Positions 10,689 to 23,590 of a DNA stretch of 64,000 nt are shown one piece after another. The DNA comes from Paramecium tetraurelia (Eukaryota). The position numbers were made by a program, and so were the translations under genes. The stretch is from assembly GCA_000165425.1 (NCBI GenBank), contig CT868640.1, forward strand, positions 191,142 through 255,141. The letters are read 5' to 3'. Below the pieces are notes generated by a model. The model made no database searches and was not told where the DNA came from. It saw nothing but the letters and a program-made list of their open reading frames with translations. The number at the start of each line of letters is the position of its first letter. Within the stretch, counting starts at the first letter, position 1.

Positions 10689-13600
10689 TCAACTAGATTA
10701 TAATTACTATGGCTGATTATTTCTAAAAGCATCTATAATAATCTAACTCAAAGTCTAATTGTTATTTTCAATAGGATTTATTTAGTTGTTCATATAAGAT
10801 AGTATGGTTAATGAATCATCTATCCCTTTTTTCCAAAAAATATCTTAGCTAAACTCTTCCTATTACCTAGATAAATTAGCTATCATATCAACAAATTTTT
10901 AAAATTTGGATTATTATCTTTGTTGTTGTTGTTGTGGTTTTATCTCTGAACTTAATTCTAGAGCAGCCAATTAAATTTATTGTTCAATACTCAATGAACC
11001 TATAGTGGATCTTTTTAAAATATTTGTTATTTTTATAATTCGATTTTTAAAAGTAATCTCAAGAGTTTTCTTCATTCCTATTCCTAATGCCTAGTTTATA
11101 CAATCAAAAACTGTAGAAGGCAGAGATAAATATTTCATAACACTAGGAATATATTTTATCGTTTCTTTAAGATAATATATGAATTATTCAAATCTGTTCT
11201 ATTTATAAGCACTCTCTTTAATTTCATAGAATCCTGTTGAGATTTGCTGCATTGAATTCAAATAATTATATAAATGCCAAACTAATGATCTAAAATATAA
11301 GAGTTTATGAGAATTTTCTGGTAAATTCAAAATTTCAATCCCCCTCTCTATCTTGAAGGTGTCTGATAATTTTATTTTTTCAAAAACTCCCTATAAATAC
11401 TAAGTTTTTTGTTTAAGTAATGATAGTTCCCTCTGAACTTAGCATGTATCTTAATTACTCGTTATTGGTTATATTATTGATTATCCTTTTGAATCTTTGA
11501 ATATCTACATTTCTAATTCATCAACTGATGGTAATTGTGGTTGCTATTCATTAAGAATTTATTATTTTTGCATAATTTAGGATCTAAGAGAACCCATTTA
11601 TTCCTCTATTCTTAATAATAAAGAAACTTTTTCATTTAAAGCAGAAATATTGGCAGGACTAAGATTCCAACAATTTTTTGAATTATTGCCTTGACTTTCC
11701 ATTAATTATTTTGCCTAAAGTAAGTAATTTCTAGCTTATTAATACATTCGCTCTTCAAAATATATATTTCCTATATTAACTAAAATGACTGGATTCTAGC
11801 AATATTAATTAGCCTTTAGAAATGATTATAAGGAATCTTGTCTCAAGCCTTAATAAAATTACAAAGTTCCTTAAAATTTATTCTTATATTACCTATATTA
11901 TTTAAAACAGCTCCATTAGTTGGATTTAATAAAATAATCTGATTAAAGTCTTTTAGAGCTTCTTTTTTCTAACCTAAATGATTATAAACCAGGCCTACAT
12001 TTTGAAAATTCAGTTACCTCTATTATTAAGTGCATCTTAATAATTAGGATCAATTTAAATAGCTTAATTTAGATCCTTAAGGGCTAATTCAAAATTTCCT
12101 AAATTAACAAATAACGTTCCTAAAATAGAAAAACTAAAACCTCTATTATAATATGAATTTGAACAGTTTGGATCGAGTTCTATGGCCTTATTTAAATCAT
12201 CAAATGCCTATTATTTTAATCCCAAACTAGTAGCAAGGGAAGCTACTTTTAAAATTTAGTCAATACCTCTATTTGCATATGCCTTTTAAAATTTAGGATT
12301 AAGTTAGATAGCTTTACAATAATAGAAAAATGCTTAATTAATATTACCAAGCATTGTTAATATAACTCCTAAAACAAATTTTAATAACAACCTAATTGAT
12401 AATAGGCATCCGAATGATTTGGATTTATCTCAACATGTTTTTCTAAATCCTTCATGGCTTAATCTTTCTATCCAATCTTTAAATAGGATTGGGCTTGTAA
12501 GATACTATTAAATGAAACCTCTATTGTAGTATGAAAATTAAGAATTAGAATTGATATTAATAGCCTTATTAAGATCTTTTATAGCTTCCTCAAACCTTTC
12601 CAATCTGAAGTAAAGCTCGCCTCATACATTTTTCATACATATTACTTCTTTGATTTAAGTACTATTCATCTTTAGGGCAAAATGTTATAGCGCGATTATA
12701 AGCATGAAGAGCCATATCTAACTTACCAATCTTTTAATAACAGTTTCCTAAAATAATTATAATAATCACCCTCAATATAGTAAATTTCAGCATTATTTTT
12801 TTCATGATTTTAAGCCTTTCTGATTTCTTTAAGTGCATCTTCAATTTAGTTTTAGTCTATAAGAATTTTAGCTAAATATTATAATTCAACTACAAACCTC
12901 TTTTTATATAAGGTTGGATAAAATATGGGTTTATATTTGTTACTACAGCATAATCTGCAAGGGCTTCATTCACTTTATTCTAAAGAAGAAAAATCTTGGC
13001 TATTTAATTGATACATTATAATACCTCTATTTAAATAAGCTTAAGAATCATTAGGATTTACCTCAATAGCTTTATTAATTTAATAAAGCTCTTCATCTTA
13101 TTATTTTGAAATTGCTTTAATATTACGTATAAAAGGTACATCTTTATGAAGCAAAATGATTATTAACTGAATTTACTACTTGAGTCGCCTTTAGAAAACA
13201 AGTAAATGCTTCTAAACTAAGTCCTAGCTCCCAAAGAATTGTTCCTTTGATACACTGCTTAACAAAATATACCTTTACGGCTATAGGCTATTTCAAAATT
13301 TGGATTGAGTGAAATTGCTTAATTAATATCGTCTAAAGCTGAATATAAACATTTATTTTTCCACTAAATTGTTGCTTAATAATCAAGCATGCTCTTACAT
13401 CTAAGATAATATGCGTTTGCTGATTTTGAATCAATTTTTAATACTATATTACAATCCTAAAGGGCCATTTCATTGTTTTCCAACTCAGACAATATTTCGC
13501 CTAAAATTATTAAAAACAAGTTCTACCTCTTAAAAGATAAGCATTAACATTGTTCTATTACAATCTCAAACTTTTATTGATCTCTTAAAGTGCTTCTTGA

Positions 13601-13719
13601 AGATAATTTTTAGATTGAAAATCCTTAATATAATCGTTTTTATATTTTACTTATGCCTATTAAAAATATAATTCAGCTAGTTCTAATTCAGCTTATGTAA
13701 TTTAAGTTTAGGCTTGCAT
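10689..13719 (-). CDS. TPR-array protein (about 15 repeats) with uncharacterised C-terminal region of about 390 aa
   Basis: Repeated AYxNRG..L...EEAIKDLNKAI.IN.N consensus; 15 tiny introns; last exon 10689-11869 open in code 6 to TGA. Confidence 0.9.
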
Positions 13720-14376
13720 TTATTATAATAAATTTATTATTGTAAAATAAACTATTTTAATATTTTTCGAAATTAATAGATTTTCTTAAGAATTATCTTA
13801 AACTCCTTCATATTTTGATAATTTTATTATAATGATCAGTTTGGCTTGAAGATAAAACTTGGATTCCTTATTTTTGATAAATATATTTAATACTTCATAG
13901 CTTATAGTAACACAATATTAAAATATCGCCCTCATTTAAGTATTAAAAAATTACAAAAAATTTTGATAGATCTTCTAATTTAATCTAAATTTATAAATTG
14001 TGTTTACTAATCAAAATGTGTTGAATTAGGAAATTGAGAAACTTCCTTTTGATTTCATATAATTTTAGAGGATGAACAGAGAGTTATTATAAGTATAATT
14101 AAATTAAATAGGCTATAGAGCAAGTCTTTACTTATTTATAATATAAACACTATTTCTTATAAAAATATCTCTATTGAAGAGAGGAAATTAGGAAAAGTTT
14201 ATCCCTTTTGCCAAATTTTGTTAATTATTTATTGGAAAATCTAAAACCATAATCTCCCAATATAATTACAGTGTTATATACATTGATGGGTTCATAGAAA
14301 CCATGAATAGAAATCTGAGTTTCACAATGAAAGTGTTTAATGAGATTGATTTGTGAATAATAAAAGATATTAATTT

Positions 14377-15152
14377 ATGGTATACAAAATCAGAAATAAG
14401 TCATTTTTCTGGACAAGAGCTGGCTGGAAGAATAACTGGCATCCTAAAAATTTCAATGCTCCACGACCATCAAGTTCAGAATTCACAATTGGTATTAGAT
14501 GTCGTTACGATCATAATTCATTCTTGAGAGGTTAGAAATTTAATGTCTATTGAATAGCTTATCATTCATACAGAAAGATATCAAGACATTGCAAGTAATA
14601 TTTCTTTGGCAACAAAGAGTTGGAAGAATTATTTTAGATGGGTTTGAGAACATTTTTCATAGTACCTCACATTGCTGAATGTCAAGTCACTTAAATCAAA
14701 CATGGTGGTGAAAGAAGAATGGTCGATTAAATTGATAGAGACTTTGAATTAGTATCCTACAATTCGCATCCTTATTAATTGTTCACCTACACAATTTGGA
14801 ATTAATATTTGGCAAATCAGTAAGAAGCTTATGAATAAAGAAAGAATGGTGGTTAAGCTATTGAAGATCAAGTTATTGATCACATCAGGTATGAAAATGA
14901 ATTTAAATTCAAGTGAATTGGTGAAGGATGAGAAAGCTAAGTTGGGTGCAGGCAAATAATTGAGCATTGAAAGAACTGCAGAAATTGTTATGAATGTTAT
15001 GAGATAATTAAGAGCTGCCTAATAAAGACCAAATCTTAACAATAGGTAATTAACATCATTAATGTATAAGACGTGCAGATGGTGAATTTGATGATTTCTT
15101 AGAATAGAGAAGACCATTTACAGCTCCAAACAATTAATCAGCTACTCATTGA
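14377..15152 (+). CDS. Conserved-looking basic/aromatic protein of unknown function (possible mitochondrial complex or mitoribosome subunit)
   Basis: MVYKIRNKSFFWTRAGWKNNWHPKNFNAPRPSSSEFTIGIRCRYDHNSFLR...GGERRMVDQIDRDFELVSYNSHPYQLF...; three short introns restore one frame; function is inference only. Confidence 0.75.
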
Positions 15153-15359
15153 GCTGCAATATATATTCAAATAAATATAATACCCATTTAATTTAAGAAT
15201 TGTTGTCTATGAGTCCATAATGGATTTTGTTTATTTACTAAAATTTTTTAACAAATGCTAAACTTAGTTTTAGTTTCAACGATTGTTTTAATGATTTATT
15301 TTTCATCCTTATAACTCTTGATTTAGATTGTATTGTATATATTAAATAAATATAGATAT

Positions 15360-17217
15360 TCAATTTATATATTCTGATAATCCAATTTCAGCTGCCTCCT
15401 ATAAAGCTTTACTTAACATATCCTGAACAAAAGTTTAATCAGATTTTAATGAGAGTGACTTATGATAATGATGAATTGCTTTGCTTAAACTGTTTGGCAA
15501 TTCACTTAAGTGATAGGAGAAGGCCAAAGCAAAAAATATTTATGGAGAAACTGAATTCAACTATCGATACAAATTATCTTTACTTGTAGGCACTTTTCAA
15601 ATATCTGAATTGCATTTTTGTAATCTTTTTACTTTCTAAAAGTATGTCCAAGATTCTATAATGCAGATTCCCTGATTTTATGATTTGAATTTTAACAAAA
15701 GACTAATGCATTTAAGAAATACTATCATATTACATTTTATCACTTACATCTTTAGCTTCATTATACTTCCTTTATTTATAGGCTATAACTCCCAATTCAT
15801 TCTAAATCATAGGGTCTGTTGGATTAATATCTTTGGCTTGCTATAATGATAAAATAGCAGTTTGTAAATTGTTTGTTCTCAAGTATTCCATGCCAATATA
15901 GACATGAGCCTAATAGCAACCTGGAAATTATCTTGTTATTGATCTATATATCGACATGGCTTAATCAGACTCATCCTATATAGCATAAGAGTGGGCTAAT
16001 CCAATCCAACTGTAGATTAAATGTGAATCTAATTAAATGGATTTCTAGAATTGTTTTCTTGCTACTTCGTACTTCTTTGTTGAAAAATAATACACTCCAA
16101 CCACAAACCAACTGAGGGCATTTTGAGCGTAATTCTCAATTAAATTGTGAGCACAATAATAGAGTTCGGCAATCTATTCTAATTCCAATAAGCACGAAAC
16201 GTAAGTTGGAATCACTTCGAAATACAAGGGATCCAATTTGATTGCCTTCAATGACCAATCATAGGCAGATGCAATGTCATAATTATAATATGCCTTCTTT
16301 GCCTTGACATTCAGTATATCAATATTATTCTTCCTTTCCAGAGCTACATAAATTAAATCATTTTGAATTGGAATCTCCTCTTTACGTATATATGGACTAC
16401 GTACAGGAGAGGGCTTCAGCTATTAAGTTTCGGCCTTATCTATAATTTACAACTATTGAGCTATTTTCCTCTTTTCTTCCTACAATTGATCAGCTAATTT
16501 TGAATTCGCAATCTCATAATTTATAGTTTTGCTTATGTAATAATCCTTCAACCAGGCTTCCTCTGCATTTAATTAGATTAGCTAAACCAAGTTCTCCTTT
16601 TCATCTGAAGAAATCAGATACGAATCAACTAATTACTAAAACACTCTAACATTCGTTGGAGTTTTCTATAAGCATTCAAAATAGTTAGAAACTGCTGATG
16701 ATTTGTTCTCTAAGGCTTCATAACATTATCCTCTTACCCAATCACTCTAAGAACTACTCTCCTCTTGAAGCATTTCAATCCCCATTTCATATTGCCGATT
16801 TGAATACAAAGCTCTAGCTCCCAATACTGCAAAATCTCCCTATGTCAATTTATGCTTTAAAAACAGATTATACACTCCTGAATATTCCTAATTTCCAAAA
16901 TGACACTAATGTTATATTTATCAATCATGTACCATTCCAAGCAAAAATACGAAGTATGGCTATGCAACTGAATCTTAATTCAAACATAACAATTTTTCTG
17001 CAAAAAATATTGCTTATTTGTAATATCCTTGCAAATAACTGTTCATTGTCTGCTGATATATATTCAATAATGAATCATTATTCAATAAAGCTGTTGCAAA
17101 TTAGGAGTTACATTAAGGATTGAAATACGGCAATTGAACTTCATAATACAAATTTAAAAATTTTCCTTATTCGCTTTTTTGTCTTGTAAATTTTGTCACT
17201 TTTTTTTGAATTGACAT
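15360..17217 (-). CDS. CDC16: Anaphase-promoting complex subunit 6
   Basis: QAIFFAEKL, LYYCAHNLIENY..ALSWFVVGVYY, ARKQFQKSIQLD..YSWIGLAHSYAIQDESDQAMSIY..FPGCYQAHVYIGMEY, AIHHYHKSLSLK; TGA 15360-15362. Confidence 0.92.
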
Positions 17218-17892
17218 TTTGCTCTTATATTTTAAATTCAAATTTTATTTAATATTGCACTTTTCTTAATCATTCTCAATATAGATGAATTCCTTAACAT
17301 ATAACAATCAATTGCTTCAGCTAGCAAAAATCTTTTAGTTTTGATATTAATTCTATTTTCCATTTGAATTCACTTTATTCTAGTTGTTTATTTAAGAAAT
17401 TAATTGTTTATATAATATGCCAAAAAAGAACTTATTAGGATGTGAAGTCGTGTAAAACTATGCAAACATACTATTACCAAAATGTTGAACTCTAAACCAA
17501 ATTTGAATATTTATAATCCTCAATCCTCCAAAAAGTCTAGAATTTTTTATAAAATTTAGATAGCAAATCAATAGCTTGAAAATACAGATGATGTAAATCA
17601 ATTAATAATGAAAATGCATAATTTAGAATGCATATTAAAGGTCTTATAACAAATCCTAAGATAAGAAGAAAATTTAGAAGAGCTTTAAGATAATAAAAAA
17701 TTATAGATAGAATAGAATATTTAAGGATTGTATATTGGAATTCTTGGATAAAAACAAGGAATAGAAGAAACAATTCTTTAAACTTTGGTTACATCTAATA
17801 ATTGAATAAAAATAAATTGTTAATTTATAAATATTTTATTCTTTTATAAAGAGAAACCTTGGGTTTAAAAGGAAAGGCATATAGTAAATATC

Positions 17893-18012
17893 GTTGTCGG
17901 CCATACTAAGCCTAAAGCACCGGATCCCATTCGAACTCCGAAGTTAAGCGGCTTAAGGCGAGGTTAGTACTAAGGTGGGGGACCGCTTGGGAAGTCCTCG
18001 TGTTGACAACCC
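17893..18012 (+). rRNA. 5S ribosomal RNA (single dispersed copy)
   Basis: 120 nt GC-rich; 5' GTTGTCGGC pairs with 3' GTTGACAAC; eukaryotic 5S hallmarks CCATAC, GATCCCATTCGAACTCCGAAGTTAAGC, GTTAGTACT..GGGGGACCGCTTGGGAA. Confidence 0.97.
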
Positions 18013-18018
18013 TTTTTT
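18013..18018 (+). terminator. RNA polymerase III oligo-T terminator
   Basis: T6 run immediately after the 5S 3' end. Confidence 0.8.
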
Positions 18019-18232
18019 ATATTTTTTAAAAATTTTTTTTATTTATTAATAAATAATGAGTAAAATTAGAGAAAATAATTAGCCACATCAATTTAAATGA
18101 CAGATAATATCTCTTAAGAATTATGACATTTTGATTAAAAATACGTATTTTCCTAGGTTATTTAACAGAGCAATAGTTCATTTTAATCTATAAATAATAT
18201 TATACTAAAAATAATTATAACAGGTCTAGCAT

Positions 18233-20442
18233 ATGACTACTTTTTTATAATCAACATTTACAATATCTGAAAAGCCGAATTATGAGTTTTTATTGAATTA
18301 AGTAGATAGTGACTCAGATAATGAAAGATAGAAATAGAAATTATAATAAGTTCATGATCATTAGAAGGAACACAAAAAATTTAAGAAATTGATTGATATA
18401 GAGTTGGTTAAAGAGGAATTGAAAAGCAGACCCAATGTCGAAAAGCAATTAAGTTCGTTTTAAAAGAAATCAATTTCAAAAATAAAAAGTGTCCGTTCTC
18501 TGAATGATCTTATAATGCCAACTTCTCCAGTTTTAATGGATCAATTAGGCAATTTGAATAAAATAAAAGAGATACGAAGCGAAGTGCCTCCAGAATTAAT
18601 GGGTAGAATTTACTCTGAATTTAGGTAATTTAACATAAAATTAATTAAGATATGAATTTGTGTCTGCCTTAAATCCTGTGTATCGCTAGGGAGATTAGAA
18701 TAAAAGATTTTATATTGTGCTAGAAGGGAAGGTAGTAGTGATGAAACCAAAGTTAAAGATGGTGGGTTCCAGTAAAATAGAATTTGATGATAACTTGAAG
18801 TAAAAAAATCAAGGCAAAACTGAAGATGATCCATTTGGATTAAAAATTCTGTTTCCTGATTACATTATACTAAAAATTTTATTTCCAGGAGAGTAAGTGT
18901 ATCTTAATTCTATTTTTAGCTCTTTTGGAGAGGCAGCCATTAAATTAGATACCACCAGATCATCAACTGTTTTTACTTTGGAGGACACTCACTTAATCTA
19001 TTTGAATGAAACAGCTTATCTCGAATATATTAATCCATATTTAAGTATTGCTTTGGATAAAAAAATGAAATACTTTGGATCAACTCCACTCTTTCAAAAT
19101 ATCAGTACAGAAGACTATATGGGTATAGTTTTGGAAAGTAAAATGATCACAATGAAAGCAGGAGATCTATTTTATGAGGAAGGAGAGAAAACTAAATACT
19201 TATATTTTATAATGAATGGGGAAATCGAATTGTTAAAAAAAGTGGGAAGCAAATCTATAATTTTGTCATCATATGGGGAATTTCAATGTTTTGGTGAGGT
19301 TGAAATAATGATGAAAATAAATAGATATACGAAAGCAAAAGTGATTTCCCCAAGAGTTAATTGTTATAAAATCAGAAAGAGAAGGTTTTTTGATAATTTA
19401 GGCAGTTTTGGAACTTACGAAAACATGAAAAAACACTCATCTGTTATTTATAAGCATTGGTAATTGATCTGCAATAGTGTGTAAAAATAGATTAATCCAA
19501 GAGATGAGGTACAAAAAACCAAATATACAATAGGTTTATGAAGCCGCTTAGAATGACAATAAAAATAGACCAAACTTATTGGCCAGTTCTATTTTGAATA
19601 AGAAGGTCATAGAGTCCTAAGGTTAAAAGCTAAGTTAAATTAAAGTGTTTTAGAATTTGGCTGATTAAAAGATAAAGGATTTGAAACAATTTAGTAGTGA
19701 TAATCAGTATCTTCTGTAAAGAGTGTATAGCAATACTCTGTAACAATACTAAGCTAAGTTATTGAAGAAACCTTAACTAGCATTTTGTGATTCTGATGCA
19801 TCATGCATAAGAAACTAAAATCAAAACAAATAACTTACTAACTTAAGTATTAACCATGATGATAATTCCACAAGAAACCCTTTAAATGAAAATAGTATTG
19901 ATCTTAAGTTAAGCTCCAATAGATCATCAGTCTTTATAAAAAGAGAGAGTTAGTAGAAGATATCACTTCCCTCTCTACATCCATCCTTGCATTTTGTTAG
20001 ACATGAACCCTAGTCTTTAAACTCTGTTTTAGAATCCATAAGCAAATTGCCTCGTGTTCCAAAAGATAATTTGGTCTTATCTTTGATGTATTAACAAGCA
20101 TACAAAGCTGAGAATCCGACTAGGAAAGCCAGAGAGATATAGCAGGTAATTCAAGCATCATACAGGAATGTATAGAACAGATTTTAACCTTAAAAACGTT
20201 ATTTAACAGAGATTTAGACAAAATCAAATGAGCATAAAATAATAAAGAATTTACAACTCTAAGGATAGTTGAGTACACAGATCACAAAAGAAATAATTTC
20301 TTAATTTTGTAATTCCAAAAGAAATCATAGGAGGAAATCAAAGCAATTGATGATATTTATAATTGATCACATATAAATAAAATTATTTAAGAAATCTGAA
20401 TAATAATTTATTATACAAACTTTCAGATTTTTTTATTTCTGA
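18233..20442 (+). CDS. Protein with two cyclic-nucleotide-binding domains
   Basis: VYRQGDQNKRFYIVLEGKV...FPGDSFGEAAI..TRSSTV and FYEEGEKTKYLYFIMNGEIEL...FGEVEI..RYTKA; introns near 18625, 18893, 19509; start and end approximate. Confidence 0.8.
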
Positions 20443-21166
20443 AACAAATTTTGATTCTTTTTTAATTTATAATTTATTTATTCTTCTTTGATATAATGAA
20501 GAATTACCGATTTTTCTTTATATTGTTTTGCTTTAAATTATTCTTTGTCATATTCAGCCTTATTGAGAATTTTATCATATTCAACATTTATAAACTAATA
20601 AATTTTATGATAAATCTTAAACATAGAAGTATAATTTTTAAATTTAATAATATATAAGGCATCTTCAATTTTAAAGTGTTGCCAAAGACAAGTTATTAGC
20701 GATGAAAAATAGCCAAAAATTGTTGTAAATTATAGAGAATTGCTGTAATGGAAACATTGATTACTGATATATTTTACATTTTAGAGCATTTAATAATGTT
20801 TGCTGTTATCATTTAATTTCTCTTATATTCTTAACAGCAATTTGTTTTCAATAACCTTTTCTTCTAATATCTTTAAGAATGATATCAACAAATCGAGTAT
20901 AGTGAAGAATATTACTTAATTATGTGCATAAACATTTAAGTTTTAATCTAGTCTGCCTTATGGAAGAAAACTTAATTCTCATAATTAGAAATATAGTTTT
21001 CAAATAAATAATACTTCAATTTTCTTTGAAATTAAAGAAAAGGATTTTAAGATTGGAATTGAATTCGAAGTAAAAAGATTAAATATGATGTTTAACCTTT
21101 TCGTGGATTTCAATTCTTCGGTTATCAATGGACCACATCCCTATATAGAGATCTATTATGACTCAT
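20367..21166 (-). pseudogene. Possible decayed gene
   Basis: Coding-like, Q/K/E-rich on the minus strand but interrupted by TGAs in the frames tried. Confidence 0.25.
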
Positions 21167-21216
21167 AATCTCAAATGAAAATTTATTATAGAAATGGGAA
21201 AATTATTTCAGATGAA

Positions 21217-21953
21217 TCACCCCTGAAAGTCGTTAGTGCAGTAATCTTTCAACAAATCTTACTGTTTAAGAACTTGAACTTGGAGTACATTTATGGTCTG
21301 TTTGGCAGTTTCTAATTCGCCAGTTCTAGATAAAAACGATAAATTTGTACAATTTTTAGAGTTGATCACGTAAATATTGTATCTCTTACACGAGTTCTTC
21401 TGATTGATCGCTTTTCTAACTAGCTTTCATCTTTTGCAACTTGTCGACCAATTATTGGAGTTCCTGTTTTTCTGTATAGAGTTTCTAGTAATCATTGATG
21501 GATTGAGAACGGGTGTCGTCTTGAGAGTATGAGGATTTCCTTTTAGCTTCCATTTCCAAGATCTCTTGATACATCTGCTTAGTCTCTCGAAGTTCCTTGA
21601 TCATGCTGTCAGCATCGAAACTCATTTCAGACTTGAGCCGAGCAATAGCGCTTTCCTTCAGATACTCATAATGTGATCTTGTATTTCATCTTACAGATTA
21701 CTTACTTGACTTATTCCAATTGTTGTTAATGATATTGTTCTTACTCGTTCAATTATGTATGAAGCATCAGTATCTCAGCATCCTTCTCAGTTATTTGAAT
21801 CTGCAATCTCTCCACTAATCTAATTACTTTATTTAGTTCAAATACTGTCTATTTAGACAATATGATCAATACCTAATCTCTCTCGACACTTAATTTGCTT
21901 AATTGAGACCGACACAACTGTAACTCTTCCTTCAGTTGCCATTGATTTGACAT
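21217..21953 (-). CDS. Coiled-coil protein
   Basis: MSNQWQLKEELQLCRSQLSKLSVERDQ... heptad E/Q/L-rich; three short introns; TGA 21217-21219. Confidence 0.8.
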
Positions 21954-21964
21954 TAAATAAATTA

Positions 21965-22993
21965 ATGACAGAATCTATTTAATTTCGTGGTCCATTGGAA
22001 GTGGAGGGACCAGGTATTCATTCCATAAATTTAGATGACTTAGATGATGATGACAACTACATGAGACCAGGCATAGAAACAACAGGATTACAAAATCGTA
22101 AACAAAAAGATTAGCCAAAAAAAAGGTCTCTATAATTTGCAGTCATTTGTTTCTTTGCAGGCCTGTTGTACTTCTACTTTACATACGAATAACCTATTAC
22201 CCTCCAAACAGAATTCGCTACCAAAACCACATTTGGTTGTAATAGACAACATCATTGGACCAAAAAAGGATGCGAACTCAATCCCATTGGGTGCAATTTA
22301 AGTGTTGAACAAGCATCATCTTGTGTAGTTTGTGAGCCAACTCATCATCTTTCACTTTAAGGAATTTGTATTGAGGAATGCAAAGAATCAAATGGCTAAT
22401 TTTGTACATCCAAGAACAACACCAAGATCTCAAATATCTATAAACCAAAAACCAACTCGTATTCTTACTTTGAAATACCTTACATCCTGATTCATCATTA
22501 AGACTCTGCTGGATTGCTTTATGTCTCCGATGTTGAACTATTTCAATTAGAACCATTCCTATCCCTTAACTACACTGTAGTCAAATTCGAAGACTACTTC
22601 TTATTAAACAATGAGGAATTACATCCAGCTTTTAAGCAGTTTTAAAACTTCATTGAGAAGACCTTACTCAATGGCTTATCTATCAACAAAACCTATGTTG
22701 CCTATAAGGACAAGTCTCAAGGTCTGCTCTCGTATTTGAATTCCCAAAATATAACAGACCACATATTCTTGGTTCAACCAACTGTTTTGGAAGCAAACTA
22801 ATTTTATGATGAAATCTATGATGTTTAATCATATGATCAACTAATTGCTAATAGAACTTTTAATGTCACTGTGCTTCATACAGGAAGTGTTCCTGACGAA
22901 TTAAAATGCAAGAAAAATAGATTAATGCCTGAATTAGATAATTTAGATGAGAAGTACCAATCTTTATAAAGCTTATAGGGACAACTCAAATGA
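21965..22993 (+). CDS. Single-pass (type II) membrane protein with Cys-rich luminal segment
   Basis: Acidic N-terminus, KKR then FAVICFFAGLLYFYF hydrophobic helix, then GC..GC..GC..CVVC..GICIEEC..FC; intron near 22014-22034; TGA 22991-22993. Confidence 0.8.
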
Positions 22994-23590
22994 AAGTGAA
23001 ACTACAATAGAAGAAGAAGTCGACTGTTTTAAGATAGAAGAATCATAAATCATTGAAAAAATTGTACATCCTAATTGATTTTATTATAATTGTATTTACA
23101 ACAGCAAAGTCATTTTCATTATTGAAATGATTTCTATTTTCTACTGCTTTATTATATTTTTTTAATTTTGTTTTTATAAATCCTTTAAACAACTTTTCAT
23201 TTTCCTGAGACCTCTTCTAATTATTAAGACTTGTCGGACTCATCTTTAGTGAACTCATTCTACTCCTTCTCTATCTAACTGTGTTTTCCTTTGAAATAAT
23301 GCAATGTGTATAACAATCCTGCATCAAAAAAAGTCAAGATCCAAAAATTTAATAGTACTAATATTGATCACTCTATTACAATTATTGCTCAATAGTCAAT
23401 ACAATCAAAAGGGAAGGAGATTAAGTCAAATATCGTAGAGTATGTAATGTATGTCATCAAATTATCTGCAGTGGGTAAAAAACTATTAAAAGTAAAATCA
23501 AAATGTTCATTCTTCTGACTTTTATATATTCAAATTTTGTTGTATTTATTTATATCATTACTAGTGAATCCTAAATAAAAAAATTAAATT

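Noticed and set aside
17859..17866. TTGGGTTT resembling a Paramecium telomeric repeat
   Set aside because: About one unit only, no tandem array
22430..22550. Weak resemblance of ISNIYKPKTNSYSYFEIPYILI to the insulinase (M16) N-terminus
   Set aside because: No HxxEH motif and the protein is far too short; cannot be supported without a profile search
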